A DNA stretch of 64,000 bases from an uncultured Prolixibacteraceae bacterium (lineage in GTDB: Bacteria; Bacteroidota; Bacteroidia; Bacteroidales; FEN-979): assembly GCA_964455285.1 (NCBI GenBank), contig CAYVVG010000001.1:64960-128959 (forward strand), read 5' to 3'. Under the pieces are notes generated by a model. That model ran no database searches. It was not told the origin of the DNA and saw only the letters and a program-made list of their open reading frames with translations. Below, one piece after another: positions 34,147 through 43,696 of the stretch; position 1 is the stretch's first letter, and the number at the start of each line of letters is the position of its first letter. Position numbers and translations under genes: made by a program.

Positions 34147-36003
34147 ATGAAGCAATTGAAATATCTTAGTCTGATTCTGTTCCTGTTTTCGGGAAATCTC
34201 TCAGCCCAGGATTCAACCCCAGACAGAGTTGAACCGCCTTTCTGGTGGACCGGGTTCAAACATCCTGAGCTGCAGCTGATGATCCATGGAAAGGAGATCG
34301 CATCGACCACGGTCACGGTGAATTACCCGGGCCTGACGCTGAAAAAGGTGCATAAAGTCTCCAATCCCAACTACCTGTTCCTCGACCTGGTGATGGCTCC
34401 CGGAATGAAGCCGGGAACGGCCGTCGTGCGTTTTACAGCCGGCAGAAAAGAGATCGCCCGGTATGACTATGTTTTTAAAGCCCGCAAACCCGGTTCCGCC
34501 GAAAGGAAGAGTTTTTCCTCACACGACGTGATCTACCTGGTGACTCCCGACCGGTTCTCGAACGGAGATACCACCAACGACAACATCGCCGGAATGGCGG
34601 AAAGGGCCAACCGCAGCAACAAGGACGGCCGTCACGGAGGCGACATCCGGGGCATCCTTGATCACCTCGACTATCTTTCCGACCTGGGCATCACCGCCTT
34701 GTGGATCAACCCGCTGCTGGTGAACGACCAGGCGAAGTATTCCTATCACGGCTATTCGATCACCGATTATTACCGCATGGATCCCCGCTTCGGGTCGAAC
34801 GGCGATTATCTCCGCCTGGCCGAAGAACTTCACCGGCGCGGCATCAAGCTCATCATGGACATGGTATTCAACCATTGCGGCAGCGGTCATTGGTGGATGA
34901 AAGACCTTCCGTCGGACGACTGGATCAACCAGTGGCCCGAATTCACGCGGACCAACTACCGGGCGAGTACATTCACCGACCCTTACGCCTCCCAGGCCGA
35001 CAGCAATCTTTTTGTCAGGGGATGGTTCGACAACACCATGCCCGACCTGAACCAATCCAATCCATTCCTTAGCAACTACCTGATCCAGAACAGCATCTGG
35101 TGGATTGAATACGCGGGACTCGACGGCATTCGCCAGGACACCCACCCCTACCCTTTCAAAGAGATGATGGCCGAATGGGGCAGGCGGTTGCAGAAAGAGT
35201 ATCCCGGTTTTAATGTCGTCGGGGAATGCTGGCTCAACTACCCGGCCTCGGTTGCGTACTGGCAGCAGGGAAAATGCAACAACGACGGGTACAACTCACA
35301 CCTTCCGTCGGTGTTCGATTTCCCGCTGTACGACGCGCTGAACGCCGCATTCCGCGAAAAAGAGGGGTGGAATTCCGGGATCGTCAGGCTTTATGACATC
35401 CTGGCGCAGGACTTCAACTACCCCCATCCCGGCAACATCGTGACTTTCGCCGACAACCACGACGTAAACCGCTACCTCGATTCGCAGGATGAGGATGTCC
35501 GACGGCTGAAGATGGCCATGGCCTTCGTGCTTACGACCCGCGGCATTCCACAGATCTATTATGGCACCGAGATCCTGATGACCCGGGGCCCTGACAAGGA
35601 GGGCGATGGCAACAAGCGCCGCGATTTTCCCGGGGGCTGGCCCGGCGACATCCGCAACGCCTTCACACCCGAAGGACGAACCCCGGCCGAGGCGGAGATG
35701 CATCACTTCCTGCGCACCCTGATCCGGTGGCGCACCGGAAAGGAGGTGATCCACACCGGTCAGGTACGCCACTTCATTCCATCCGACGGGATTTATACCT
35801 ATTTTCGTTTCAACGAAAAAGAGACCGTCATGGTGGTGATGAACAACAACGAAACGGAAAAGACCATCGGGACTTCGCGGTATAACGAGTTCCTGAAAAA
35901 ATTCACTTCGGGTTCGGAGGTCATCACCGGGAAACCCCTCACCGACCTTTCGGGCCTAACGATACCGGGGAAAGGAGTGTTGATCGTGGAGTTAGGAAAT
36001 TGA
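34147..36003 (+). CDS. periplasmic GH13 alpha-amylase-family enzyme (SusA/neopullulanase- or cyclomaltodextrinase-like)
   Basis: 618 aa from ATG 34147 (signal peptide MKQLKYLSLILFLFSGNLSAQ). N-terminal Ig-like domain (VEPPFWWTGFKHPELQLMIHG). GH13 regions I-IV: LIMDMVFNHCG, LDGIRQDTHPY, VVGECW, FADNHD. The track's TTG 33991 start overlaps the previous gene and the repeat, so it was trimmed. Confidence 0.85.
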   Translation: MKQLKYLSLILFLFSGNLSAQDSTPDRVEPPFWWTGFKHPELQLMIHGKEIASTTVTVNYPGLTLKKVHKVSNPNYLFLDLVMAPGMKPGTAVVRFTAGRKEIARYDYVFKARKPGSAERKSFSSHDVIYLVTPDRFSNGDTTNDNIAGMAERANRSNKDGRHGGDIRGILDHLDYLSDLGITALWINPLLVNDQAKYSYHGYSITDYYRMDPRFGSNGDYLRLAEELHRRGIKLIMDMVFNHCGSGHWWMKDLPSDDWINQWPEFTRTNYRASTFTDPYASQADSNLFVRGWFDNTMPDLNQSNPFLSNYLIQNSIWWIEYAGLDGIRQDTHPYPFKEMMAEWGRRLQKEYPGFNVVGECWLNYPASVAYWQQGKCNNDGYNSHLPSVFDFPLYDALNAAFREKEGWNSGIVRLYDILAQDFNYPHPGNIVTFADNHDVNRYLDSQDEDVRRLKMAMAFVLTTRGIPQIYYGTEILMTRGPDKEGDGNKRRDFPGGWPGDIRNAFTPEGRTPAEAEMHHFLRTLIRWRTGKEVIHTGQVRHFIPSDGIYTYFRFNEKETVMVVMNNNETEKTIGTSRYNEFLKKFTSGSEVITGKPLTDLSGLTIPGKGVLIVELGN

Positions 36004-36072
36004 GTGACAAAGTAACAAAGTGACAAAGTAACAAAGTAACAGAGTAACAAAGTAACAGAGTAACAGAGTAAC
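36004..36072 (+). repeat. tandem array 8.6 x 8 nt GT(G/A)ACA(A/G)A
   Basis: gtgacaaa gtaacaaa gtgacaaa gtaacaaa gtaacaga gtaacaaa gtaacaga gtaacaga gtaac. Begins at the base after the GH13 TGA. Confidence 0.95.
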
Positions 36073-36083
36073 TGTTCACTAAA

Positions 36084-36134
36084 TCGTAGATCGTACATCG
36101 TACATCGTACATCGTACATCGTACATCGTAAATC
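36084..36134 (+). repeat. tandem array 7 x 7 nt TCGTACA
   Basis: tcgtaga tcgtaca x5 tcgtaaa tc. Ends 7 nt before the ATG of the second MFS gene. Confidence 0.95.
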
Positions 36135-36141
36135 CCTTATT

Positions 36142-37416
36142 ATGTTAGCCATTCAAAAACGTCTCAGCAACATTTTCTACGTCATCCTGGGATTGCCCAG
36201 CACGGCCATGGGTTTCGCTTTATCGATCCAGATCGCGGTGTTGAGCTGGATCCTCCGGACCCGGTACAACCTTGAGATCGACCAGATCGGAATTGTATGG
36301 GCGGCCGGACCCATCGCCGGCATCCTGGGTCAGCCGATCATCGGGCTGATCAGCGACAAAGTATGGTTCTGGGGAGGCCGTCGAAGGCCTTTCATCATCA
36401 TCGGCGGGATCCTCGCAGCACTCATGATCTTTGCGTTGCCGAACATCGACCGAATCGCCGGCTTTTTCGGGATCGCCAGCATCATGGCGGTGGCGGTGAC
36501 GATTGCGCTGACCCTCGACCTGTCGATCAACATCAGTTTCAATCCCACCCGGTCGATCATCGCCGATGTGACTCCCGACGGACAGCCGCGCACCAAGGGC
36601 TACACCTGGATGCAGTCGATCTCCAACCTGTTCGGAAGCGGGGCTTACCTGATGGGGGCCCTGATCGGGAACTACTTCCTGATCTACGCCGGGGTGATCA
36701 TCGTTCTGGTTTTCTCTCTTGCCCCGCTGCTGATGATCGAAGAGCCCAGGGAACTGAAACCGGCCCCGGACAGCAAGGAAGAGAACAAGTCCCCGGCGGA
36801 AGTAAAAAAAACCGAATGGATCGAACTCTTCAAGCTCTATTTTGCCCATGGTTTTTCCTGGCTGGGGATCCAGACTATGTTCGTTTACATGTTTGCCTTC
36901 CTTGAACAGCGGCTGCCGGCGGCGGCCGGGATGGCGGCCGATGCATGGAACCTGAAACTGGGTCAGATGATCGGATGGTCGTTCTTTATCCTTAACGCGG
37001 TCGGTGCCATCTGGCCGGCGTTCATGCTCGAACCGATGGCCAAGCGGATCGGGCGCGTCAAAACCCATGCCCTGATGGTCGGGATCATGGCGCTGGGCTA
37101 TTTCGGCATCGTAACCATGGCCAACAGCACGGTGACCCTTTACTCCATGATGTGCATCCTGACCTTCGGATGGGCCGCGGTGGTCAGCCTCCCCTTCGCC
37201 ATCATGTCGGAGAAAGTTGACAAGAGCCGCATGGGATTTTTCATGGGGATCTTCAACCTTTCGGTCGTGCTTCCTCAATTGGTTGCCAGCTCCATCCTGG
37301 GCACCGTGATCCGCCACGCCGACGATAAAAGCATCGTATTTCTGATCAGCGGGATCTCGCTGGCTGTCTCAGCAGTTCTATGGCTGTTCGTAAGGGAGAA
37401 GAGGAAGGCGGATTAG
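36142..37416 (+). CDS. second MFS sugar transporter, SLC45/GPH-like
   Basis: 424 aa, about 12 TM helices. Same loop signature as the first (GLISDKVWFWGGRRRPFIIIGGILAA). Confidence 0.8.
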   Translation: MLAIQKRLSNIFYVILGLPSTAMGFALSIQIAVLSWILRTRYNLEIDQIGIVWAAGPIAGILGQPIIGLISDKVWFWGGRRRPFIIIGGILAALMIFALPNIDRIAGFFGIASIMAVAVTIALTLDLSINISFNPTRSIIADVTPDGQPRTKGYTWMQSISNLFGSGAYLMGALIGNYFLIYAGVIIVLVFSLAPLLMIEEPRELKPAPDSKEENKSPAEVKKTEWIELFKLYFAHGFSWLGIQTMFVYMFAFLEQRLPAAAGMAADAWNLKLGQMIGWSFFILNAVGAIWPAFMLEPMAKRIGRVKTHALMVGIMALGYFGIVTMANSTVTLYSMMCILTFGWAAVVSLPFAIMSEKVDKSRMGFFMGIFNLSVVLPQLVASSILGTVIRHADDKSIVFLISGISLAVSAVLWLFVREKRKAD

Positions 37417-37424
37417 AATATCTT

Positions 37425-38582
37425 ATGAAAACCGCATTCATCGTCCTTGCCTCTATTGCCTGGGCCCTGCCGGGATGGACCCAGGATTTCGGCAACTTCC
37501 TGCGTGAAACGGAAAGGTTGCCTGTTGACCGGCGCCAGTCGGCGGCCGACGCTTACCTGAGATCGCAGAAATCGTTTCCCATCCTCGAGAACGATACCAC
37601 GGTGCACTTCCTTTTTTCGGGCGATGCCCGGCAGGTCAATCTGGCCGGCGACATGACCGGCTGGCAACCCGGCCCGCTGTTCCGAAGACTGGACGGCACT
37701 ACGCTGTACTACCTTACCAGACACTTTGAACCGGACGCCCGGCTGGATTACAAGTTCGTGACCGACAGCACACGCTGGATCCTGGACCCGCTCAACCCCG
37801 ATACCTGCATGAGCGGATTTGGCCCCAATTCCCAGTTCAGGATGCCGAAAAACGTCATGCCGCCGGAAACAGTATTCCACCCTGAAATTCAGCATGGTAC
37901 CCTGACCGACATCATGTTCCGCTCGAAAGCGCTGGGAAATGACCGCAGGATAAGGGTTTACCTCCCGGCAGGTTTTTCAGCCGAAACAACAGGCTATCCC
38001 GTCATCCTGTTCCACGACGGCCTTGAATTCATCGATCTTGGCAAGGCCGACCGGGTGCTTGACTACCTCATCGCAAATCATACGATTGTGCCTGTGGTCG
38101 CAGTGTTCGTGCAACCCATTGACCGGGACGAGGAATATTCCGGGCAGAAGAAAGAACGTTACACCCGGTTCATCGTGGATGAATTGATGCCTGCCTTGGA
38201 AAAGCGGTACCGGGTCAGTACCGACCCATCGAAACGGGCCATGGCGGGAATCTCAAACGGAGGCAACATCGCACTCTATATCGGGATCAACCACCCCGGG
38301 CAGTTCGGCAAGATATCGGCCCAGTCGAGCAACGTAATCCATGAGATCTTAAAACGGTTCAAAAAAAGAGACCGGCAGAACCTGCTGATCTATACCGACA
38401 TCGGTAAATACGATATCGACATCCTGGTCTCCATGGCCTTTGACCTGAAAGGCATCCTTCAGGAGAAAGGCTATCAGCACCTTTTCCACGTATGGAATGA
38501 AGGGCACAGCTGGTGCAGTTGGAAAGAGCATCTGAAGGAGCCGCTGGTGTGGTTTCTGGGAGGCAATAAGGTGACAGAGTAA
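37425..38582 (+). CDS. secreted esterase-family alpha/beta hydrolase (PF00756-like) with N-terminal Ig/CBM48-like domain
   Basis: 385 aa from ATG 37425 (signal MKTAFIVLASIAWALPGWTQ). N-terminal beta-sandwich signature VHFLFSGDARQVNLAGDMTGWQP...YKFV. Hydrolase part with nucleophile elbow AGISNGG. The track's upstream ATG 37380 overlaps the MFS gene. Confidence 0.7.
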   Translation: MKTAFIVLASIAWALPGWTQDFGNFLRETERLPVDRRQSAADAYLRSQKSFPILENDTTVHFLFSGDARQVNLAGDMTGWQPGPLFRRLDGTTLYYLTRHFEPDARLDYKFVTDSTRWILDPLNPDTCMSGFGPNSQFRMPKNVMPPETVFHPEIQHGTLTDIMFRSKALGNDRRIRVYLPAGFSAETTGYPVILFHDGLEFIDLGKADRVLDYLIANHTIVPVVAVFVQPIDRDEEYSGQKKERYTRFIVDELMPALEKRYRVSTDPSKRAMAGISNGGNIALYIGINHPGQFGKISAQSSNVIHEILKRFKKRDRQNLLIYTDIGKYDIDILVSMAFDLKGILQEKGYQHLFHVWNEGHSWCSWKEHLKEPLVWFLGGNKVTE

Positions 38583-38618
38583 CAGAGTAACAAAGTGACA
38601 GAGCAACAGAGTGACAGA
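38571..38618 (+). repeat. tandem array 6 x 8 nt GT(G/A)ACAGA family (same family as 36004-36072)
   Basis: gtgacaga gtaacaga gtaacaaa gtgacaga gcaacaga gtgacaga. The esterase stop TAA (38580-38582) lies inside unit 2; the terminal residues KVTE are repeat-encoded. Confidence 0.92.
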
Positions 38619-38670
38619 GTGGGACGGGTTTTGGGATTGGGAACGGATCGCAACTTTAATCTTTAAAATA

Positions 38671-41061
38671 ATGAATAAGAGTATTTTATCGTATTTATTC
38701 GGGGGTATGATCATCCTCGTGGCAGGGTGCAGGTCAAACGACGATGTACCGGTGGCAAAGGATCCCCAGATGCTGAAGCTGGCGGCGCCGGTAGTGATCA
38801 ACCTGGATTCGACCGCGATCCGGCTTTCGGATTACCTGCTCCGACCGAATGAGATCGACAGTTTCGGTCTTTGTCCCGATCTGAGGGCAGAGATCACACC
38901 CGATTCGATGCTGATGGTCATCAGGCCTGTAAGCCAGGACTTTCCGAAACTTTCCGAACTGAAGATCTGGTCAAAGGGATATCCTTATTCCCTTCTGCTG
39001 GAAAGGACTACGCGGATCGGGTACCGCTTCACCTTCGATCCCGGCAATAAAAAGTACCGCCGGGTGCAGATCAAGGGGCAGATGAACGAATGGAACGCTG
39101 CGGCCGGTTACCTGTTCGAACGCGAAGGAAAGTGGCACATCGATTTTCATCTCTTCCCGGGAAAGTACCCGTACAAGCTGATCCTCGACGGAAGGGAGGT
39201 GAGCGATCCCGCCAACCCCGACTCGATGCCCAACGGGCTTGGCGGCTTCAACTCGCTCCTGACCCTGGGGAACCTCAGCTCCCCGAACCTTCCCGCCCTG
39301 TTCACCGATAAGACGGAGGGTCACAGGGTGACTGTCGGAGTGAAAAACAAGATTGACACCGCGTTTGTATTCTGGCAGAATTACCTGCTTGACGGAAAAT
39401 TCTGGAAACGCGACAGTTCAGGCATCCGGATCGACATTCCCCGCAAAGCCCGCTCCTTCGACCGCAGTTACCTCCGGGTTTTCGCCTTCAATAAAACCGG
39501 GCTTTCAAACCAGGTACTCATCCCGCTGGAGGATGGCAAGGTTCTGTCTGACCCGACCCGGCTGACCCGGAACGACCGCGAAGCGATGATCCTCTATTTC
39601 CTGATGGTGGACCGGTTCCGCAACGGTAAAACGGATAACGACCGGAAGCTCGAAGACCCCGAGATCGACCCAAAAGTGAATTACATGGGCGGCGACCTGG
39701 CCGGTGTCACCAAAGCCATCCAGGAAGGGTACTTCACCAACCTGGGAGTCAACACGATCTGGATTTCGCCCATCACCCAGAACCCGCTCGGAGGCTATAC
39801 CGAGTACCCCGCCCCCCACCGGAAGTTTTCGGGGTACCACGGTTACTGGCCGATCACGCTTTCGACCGTGGATTCGCGCTTCGGCACCCCCGGTGATCTG
39901 AAGGGACTGGTCAACGAGGCGCACGACAAAAACATGAATGTCCTCCTCGACTTTGTCTCCCATCACGTTCACCAGGAGTATCCCCTCCTGAAGCAGCATC
40001 CCGACTGGATCACGCCGATCGATCTGCCCGGGAAGCGAAAGAATCTGCGACTGTGGGATGAGCAGCGGCTGACCACCTGGTTCGACATCTTCCTTCCCAC
40101 CTTCGACCTGACCAAACCCGAGGTTGCAGAACTGGTCTCCGATTCTGCCGCTTTCTGGATCAAAGAGTACAAACTTGACGGCTTCCGTCACGACGCAGCC
40201 AAGCACGTACCCGAAAACTATTGGCGAACCCTCACCGGAAAACTCACCGCCGGTGTGGTCATCCCCGAGGACCGTCCTGTATTCCAGATCGGCGAAACGT
40301 TCGGCAGCCGCGACCTGATCGGCAGCTATGTCAACCCGGGCATGCTCGACGCCCAGTTCGAGTTCAACCTGTACTGGGATGCAAAATCTGCCTTTGCCAC
40401 CGACAATTTCTCGTTCCGTGACCTGAACTACTCCCTCCAGCAATCGTTCAGCTATTACGGCGAGCATAACCTGATGGGCAACATAACCGGGAACCAGGAC
40501 ATGACCCGGTTCATTTCTTATGCCGGCGGGGCAATGACTTTTACCGAGGACGACCATGAAGCCGGCTGGAAGCGGAAGATTGAGGTCATCGACACCAACG
40601 GATACCGCCGCCTGGCCATGCTGCAGGCATTCAACATGACCATCCCGGGGATCCCGGTCATCTACTATGGCGATGAATTCGGCATGGCAGGCGCCAACGA
40701 TCCCGACAACCGGCGGATGATGAAGTTCGACAGCCTGAGCCGGCACGAGAGTCGCCTGAAGGAGATCACTGCTACCCTGGCCCGCCTGCGGGGATCCGAG
40801 CTGGCCCTTACGTATGGTGATTTCACTGCCCTGAAGGTCACCGACAAGGTGTTCGTGTACCTGCGCTCCTATTTCGACCGCGCGGTGGTGGTCATCTTCA
40901 ACAAAGACAGGTCCTCCAGGAAGATCGAATTCACCCTCCCCGACCGGTATGCCGCCACATCCCTGAAGGCCCTGTTCGGCACCGCTTTTTCCTGTTCTGA
41001 AGGGCAGGCAACGCTGGACCTGCCGGGTCACTCGTTCGAGATCCTTGTCAATCAGAAGTAA
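38671..41061 (+). CDS. GH13 alpha-amylase-family lipoprotein with N-terminal beta-sandwich (CBM48/E-set-like) domains
   Basis: 796 aa from ATG 38671 (lipobox MIILVAGC). KGQMNEWN...YKLILDG beta-sandwich. GH13 regions NVLLDFVSHHV, LDGFRHDAAKHV, QIGETF, GNQDMTR. The track start is GTG 38611, inside the repeat. Confidence 0.8.
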   Translation: MNKSILSYLFGGMIILVAGCRSNDDVPVAKDPQMLKLAAPVVINLDSTAIRLSDYLLRPNEIDSFGLCPDLRAEITPDSMLMVIRPVSQDFPKLSELKIWSKGYPYSLLLERTTRIGYRFTFDPGNKKYRRVQIKGQMNEWNAAAGYLFEREGKWHIDFHLFPGKYPYKLILDGREVSDPANPDSMPNGLGGFNSLLTLGNLSSPNLPALFTDKTEGHRVTVGVKNKIDTAFVFWQNYLLDGKFWKRDSSGIRIDIPRKARSFDRSYLRVFAFNKTGLSNQVLIPLEDGKVLSDPTRLTRNDREAMILYFLMVDRFRNGKTDNDRKLEDPEIDPKVNYMGGDLAGVTKAIQEGYFTNLGVNTIWISPITQNPLGGYTEYPAPHRKFSGYHGYWPITLSTVDSRFGTPGDLKGLVNEAHDKNMNVLLDFVSHHVHQEYPLLKQHPDWITPIDLPGKRKNLRLWDEQRLTTWFDIFLPTFDLTKPEVAELVSDSAAFWIKEYKLDGFRHDAAKHVPENYWRTLTGKLTAGVVIPEDRPVFQIGETFGSRDLIGSYVNPGMLDAQFEFNLYWDAKSAFATDNFSFRDLNYSLQQSFSYYGEHNLMGNITGNQDMTRFISYAGGAMTFTEDDHEAGWKRKIEVIDTNGYRRLAMLQAFNMTIPGIPVIYYGDEFGMAGANDPDNRRMMKFDSLSRHESRLKEITATLARLRGSELALTYGDFTALKVTDKVFVYLRSYFDRAVVVIFNKDRSSRKIEFTLPDRYAATSLKALFGTAFSCSEGQATLDLPGHSFEILVNQK

Positions 41062-41076
41062 CCAAAATCCCAGATC

Positions 41077-42438
41077 ATGAGAACTGTCATTATCTCTGTC
41101 GCGGCTGTCTTACTCCTGTCAACAGCCTGTCACCGGCCCGATGCCGAAAAAAGATCTGATCCGCGCGAACATGTTGCCTGGAGCCGGAATGCCACGATCT
41201 ATGAAGTGAACGTAAGACAGTTCACCCCCGAAGGAACGTTCAGCGCCCTCGAGCGGGAGTTGCCGCGGCTGCAGCGGATGGGAGTGGATATCCTGTGGCT
41301 GATGCCCATCCACCCCATCGGAGAGAAAAACCGCAAAGGCTCACTGGGGAGTTATTACGCGGTAAGAGATTACCTTGATGTAAACCCCGAATTCGGAAAC
41401 CGCAACGACTTCGTCAAACTGGTAAAACAGGCGCACGAACTGGGCATGAAGGTGATCATCGACTGGGTTGCCAACCATACTTCGTGGGATAACAAGCTGA
41501 TCGACAAACATCCTGAGTGGTACGAGCACGATTCGGTCAGCGGAAAGATCATCGCGCCCGTTGCAGACTGGACGGATGTCGCGTCGCTCGATTACAGCCG
41601 GCAGGAGTTGTGGGAATACATGACCGACGCGATGATCTACTGGATCAGGGAGGCCGACATCGACGGTTACCGTTGCGACGTTGCCGGCATGATGCCGGTC
41701 GCCTTCTGGAACCAGGCCATCCCGAAGCTGAAGGAGATCAAGCCGGTTTTCATGCTTGCGGAGGCCGAAACCCCTGGCATCCACGATACGGGGTATTTTG
41801 ATGCCACATACTCCTGGGAGGTCTTCCGGATGATGAACGACATAGCCCAAAAGAAAAAGAACGCCTTCAATCTGGATTCGCTGCTGGCGGCTGAGAAGAA
41901 AGCCTACCCGCCGGATGCATACCGGATGCGCTTCACCTCCAACCATGACGAAAATACGTGGAACGGAACCGAATACGAACGAATGGGCGCCGGGGCCCGT
42001 ACCTTCGCCGTATTCACCTTTACAATGCCCGGGATCCCGTTGGTTTACAGCGGGCAGGAAGCGGCGATGGATCGCCGTTTGCGGTTTTTCGACAAGGATA
42101 CCATTCCCTGGGGAGCCTTTACCCTCGAGTCGTTCTACACGGCCCTGATGCAACTGAAAAAGAAGAACGACCTGGTCGCTTCGGGCGACAGCGGCGGCCG
42201 GTTCATCAAGGTGCCGAACAGCAACGAACGATCCGTTTATACTTTTCTCCGGCAAAAGGAGAACCGGCGGCTGCTGGTCATCCTCAACTTCTCCGATTCC
42301 GATCAGCCGGTAACCCTGAAAGGAAGCGATATCGAGGGAAAATACAAGGAACTTTTCACAGGGCAGGAAAAAGAATTCAAATCCGGCGAATACCTTTCCC
42401 TTACGCCATGGCAGTACCTGGTGTACGAATCGGAATAA
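41077..42438 (+). CDS. GH13 alpha-amylase (compact catalytic type), lipoprotein
   Basis: 453 aa. Lipobox LLLSTAC. GH13 regions VIIDWVANHTS, IDGYRCDVAGMM, MLAEAE, FTSNHDEN. Confidence 0.85.
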   Translation: MRTVIISVAAVLLLSTACHRPDAEKRSDPREHVAWSRNATIYEVNVRQFTPEGTFSALERELPRLQRMGVDILWLMPIHPIGEKNRKGSLGSYYAVRDYLDVNPEFGNRNDFVKLVKQAHELGMKVIIDWVANHTSWDNKLIDKHPEWYEHDSVSGKIIAPVADWTDVASLDYSRQELWEYMTDAMIYWIREADIDGYRCDVAGMMPVAFWNQAIPKLKEIKPVFMLAEAETPGIHDTGYFDATYSWEVFRMMNDIAQKKKNAFNLDSLLAAEKKAYPPDAYRMRFTSNHDENTWNGTEYERMGAGARTFAVFTFTMPGIPLVYSGQEAAMDRRLRFFDKDTIPWGAFTLESFYTALMQLKKKNDLVASGDSGGRFIKVPNSNERSVYTFLRQKENRRLLVILNFSDSDQPVTLKGSDIEGKYKELFTGQEKEFKSGEYLSLTPWQYLVYESE

Positions 42439-42445
42439 ACCTTAT

Positions 42446-42490
42446 CCCCTGCACCCCTTCTCCCTGGTGAGAAGGGGACGGGGTTGAGGT
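42446..42490 (-). repeat. GC-rich hairpin element, divergent family member
   Basis: cccctgcaccccttctccctggtgagaaggggacggggttgaggt. Has a 9-bp stem CCCCTTCTC/GAGAAGGGG with a 6-nt loop plus an ACCCC-type box on the other strand. Lies 8 nt after the GH13 stop. Confidence 0.7.
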
Positions 42491-42493
42491 CGT

Positions 42494-42532
42494 AAAAAAA
42501 AAGCTGCCTCCGTTTGGGGGCAGCTTTTTTTT
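42494..42532. terminator. bidirectional rho-independent terminator between convergent GH13 and susE/F-like genes
   Basis: A-run (42494-42501), a 10-bp stem AGCTGCCTCC / GGGGGCAGCT (one G-U), loop GTTT, then a T-run (42525-42532). Confidence 0.85.
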
Positions 42533-42546
42533 ATTGGTCAGAGATC

Positions 42547-43677
42547 CTACCTGGCCACGATCTTGTATTTCAGTTTCACCAGGTCGATGAGAATCGTGTA
42601 ATTACCGGCTCCCGGTGATGGAATCGACGGTGGATCGGCAACGCCCTCATTCGGACGATACACGAGGTTGCCGAAGTTGCTGCTTCCGTTCGCATCGGTT
42701 CCCCATTGCGGCGCCCAGCCGGTCGTGGTCTCCATGAACTTCAGGTTACCTGCCGCCAGCGTGGTGCTGAGTGAAAAATAGCCCGCGGAATCTTTGGTGA
42801 AAGCGATCCCGCTTGCCGGATCCCATCCTGCAGCGCAACCGTCGCCCACGAGGTACAACTGGGCGGAGGTGGCCGTAACGGTGTACGTCAGCAGGGCGGT
42901 ATCGGCCACGATGCGGTAATCACCCTCGGCGAGGGGGCAAGGAATGGCCGGCGGATCGGGTTCCGATTCGGTCGCACGATACACCAGGTTACCCGATTCG
43001 GGCGTGCCGGCGGCATCGGTCCCCCATTGCGGAGCCCATGCGTTGAGGTTGGCAATGAATTTCAGGAACTTGCCTCCGGTCTGCAGGTGATCGACAATGG
43101 CGAACTTCCCTCCATCCAGGTATGACAGGGCCCTGGCCTTGGAGTTATCCCAGCCCACCGTCGTGGCATCCCCCAGCAGGTAGATAGGGGGCAGGATCAC
43201 GACTGCGTTGTACGGGGTGATATCGAGTGTGACCACCTCGGAGATGTTGTTGGTGGCCGGATTGCCGGATGCCAGGGAGGCCTTGACCCGGAACTGAAAA
43301 TGGTACAAACTGTCGCCAACGCCGTTGAATACCGCCAGGATCATGTCGTTCATGGCACCTGCGGTCATCGAATGGGCAAAGCCCTGCCCGGTGTACATCA
43401 CCTTCGGGTTGCTGAAGTTGTTCCCGCTTATATCCATTTCGAGGGTATAGGTGGGGGGGATGATCTCCGCTTTCAGGTTATAATCAGCCGCGATCCAGTT
43501 GAATTTAAAAAGGAGGGAATCCTTCAGTTCCTCTTTCAGTACGAAGGACGAACCTGCTGAGGGGGTTTGGATTACGGCAGGTTTAAAGAACTCAAGGACT
43601 GCTTTGGTCTCATCCTTTTTACACGACACCCAGCTGAATAAACCAACGGCCAGCAATAAAATTGATATCTTTTTCAT
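42547..43677 (-). CDS. SusE/SusF-like outer-membrane starch-binding lipoprotein
   Basis: 376 aa. Lipobox LFSWVSC. Located immediately downstream of susD. Two tandem C-terminal modules share LxGDxxxxGWD...KF...WAPQWGTDAxG...GNLVYR. Confidence 0.7.
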   Translation of the reverse strand: MKKISILLLAVGLFSWVSCKKDETKAVLEFFKPAVIQTPSAGSSFVLKEELKDSLLFKFNWIAADYNLKAEIIPPTYTLEMDISGNNFSNPKVMYTGQGFAHSMTAGAMNDMILAVFNGVGDSLYHFQFRVKASLASGNPATNNISEVVTLDITPYNAVVILPPIYLLGDATTVGWDNSKARALSYLDGGKFAIVDHLQTGGKFLKFIANLNAWAPQWGTDAAGTPESGNLVYRATESEPDPPAIPCPLAEGDYRIVADTALLTYTVTATSAQLYLVGDGCAAGWDPASGIAFTKDSAGYFSLSTTLAAGNLKFMETTTGWAPQWGTDANGSSNFGNLVYRPNEGVADPPSIPSPGAGNYTILIDLVKLKYKIVAR

Positions 43678-43696
43678 GTTGATTGGTTTTATCAGA

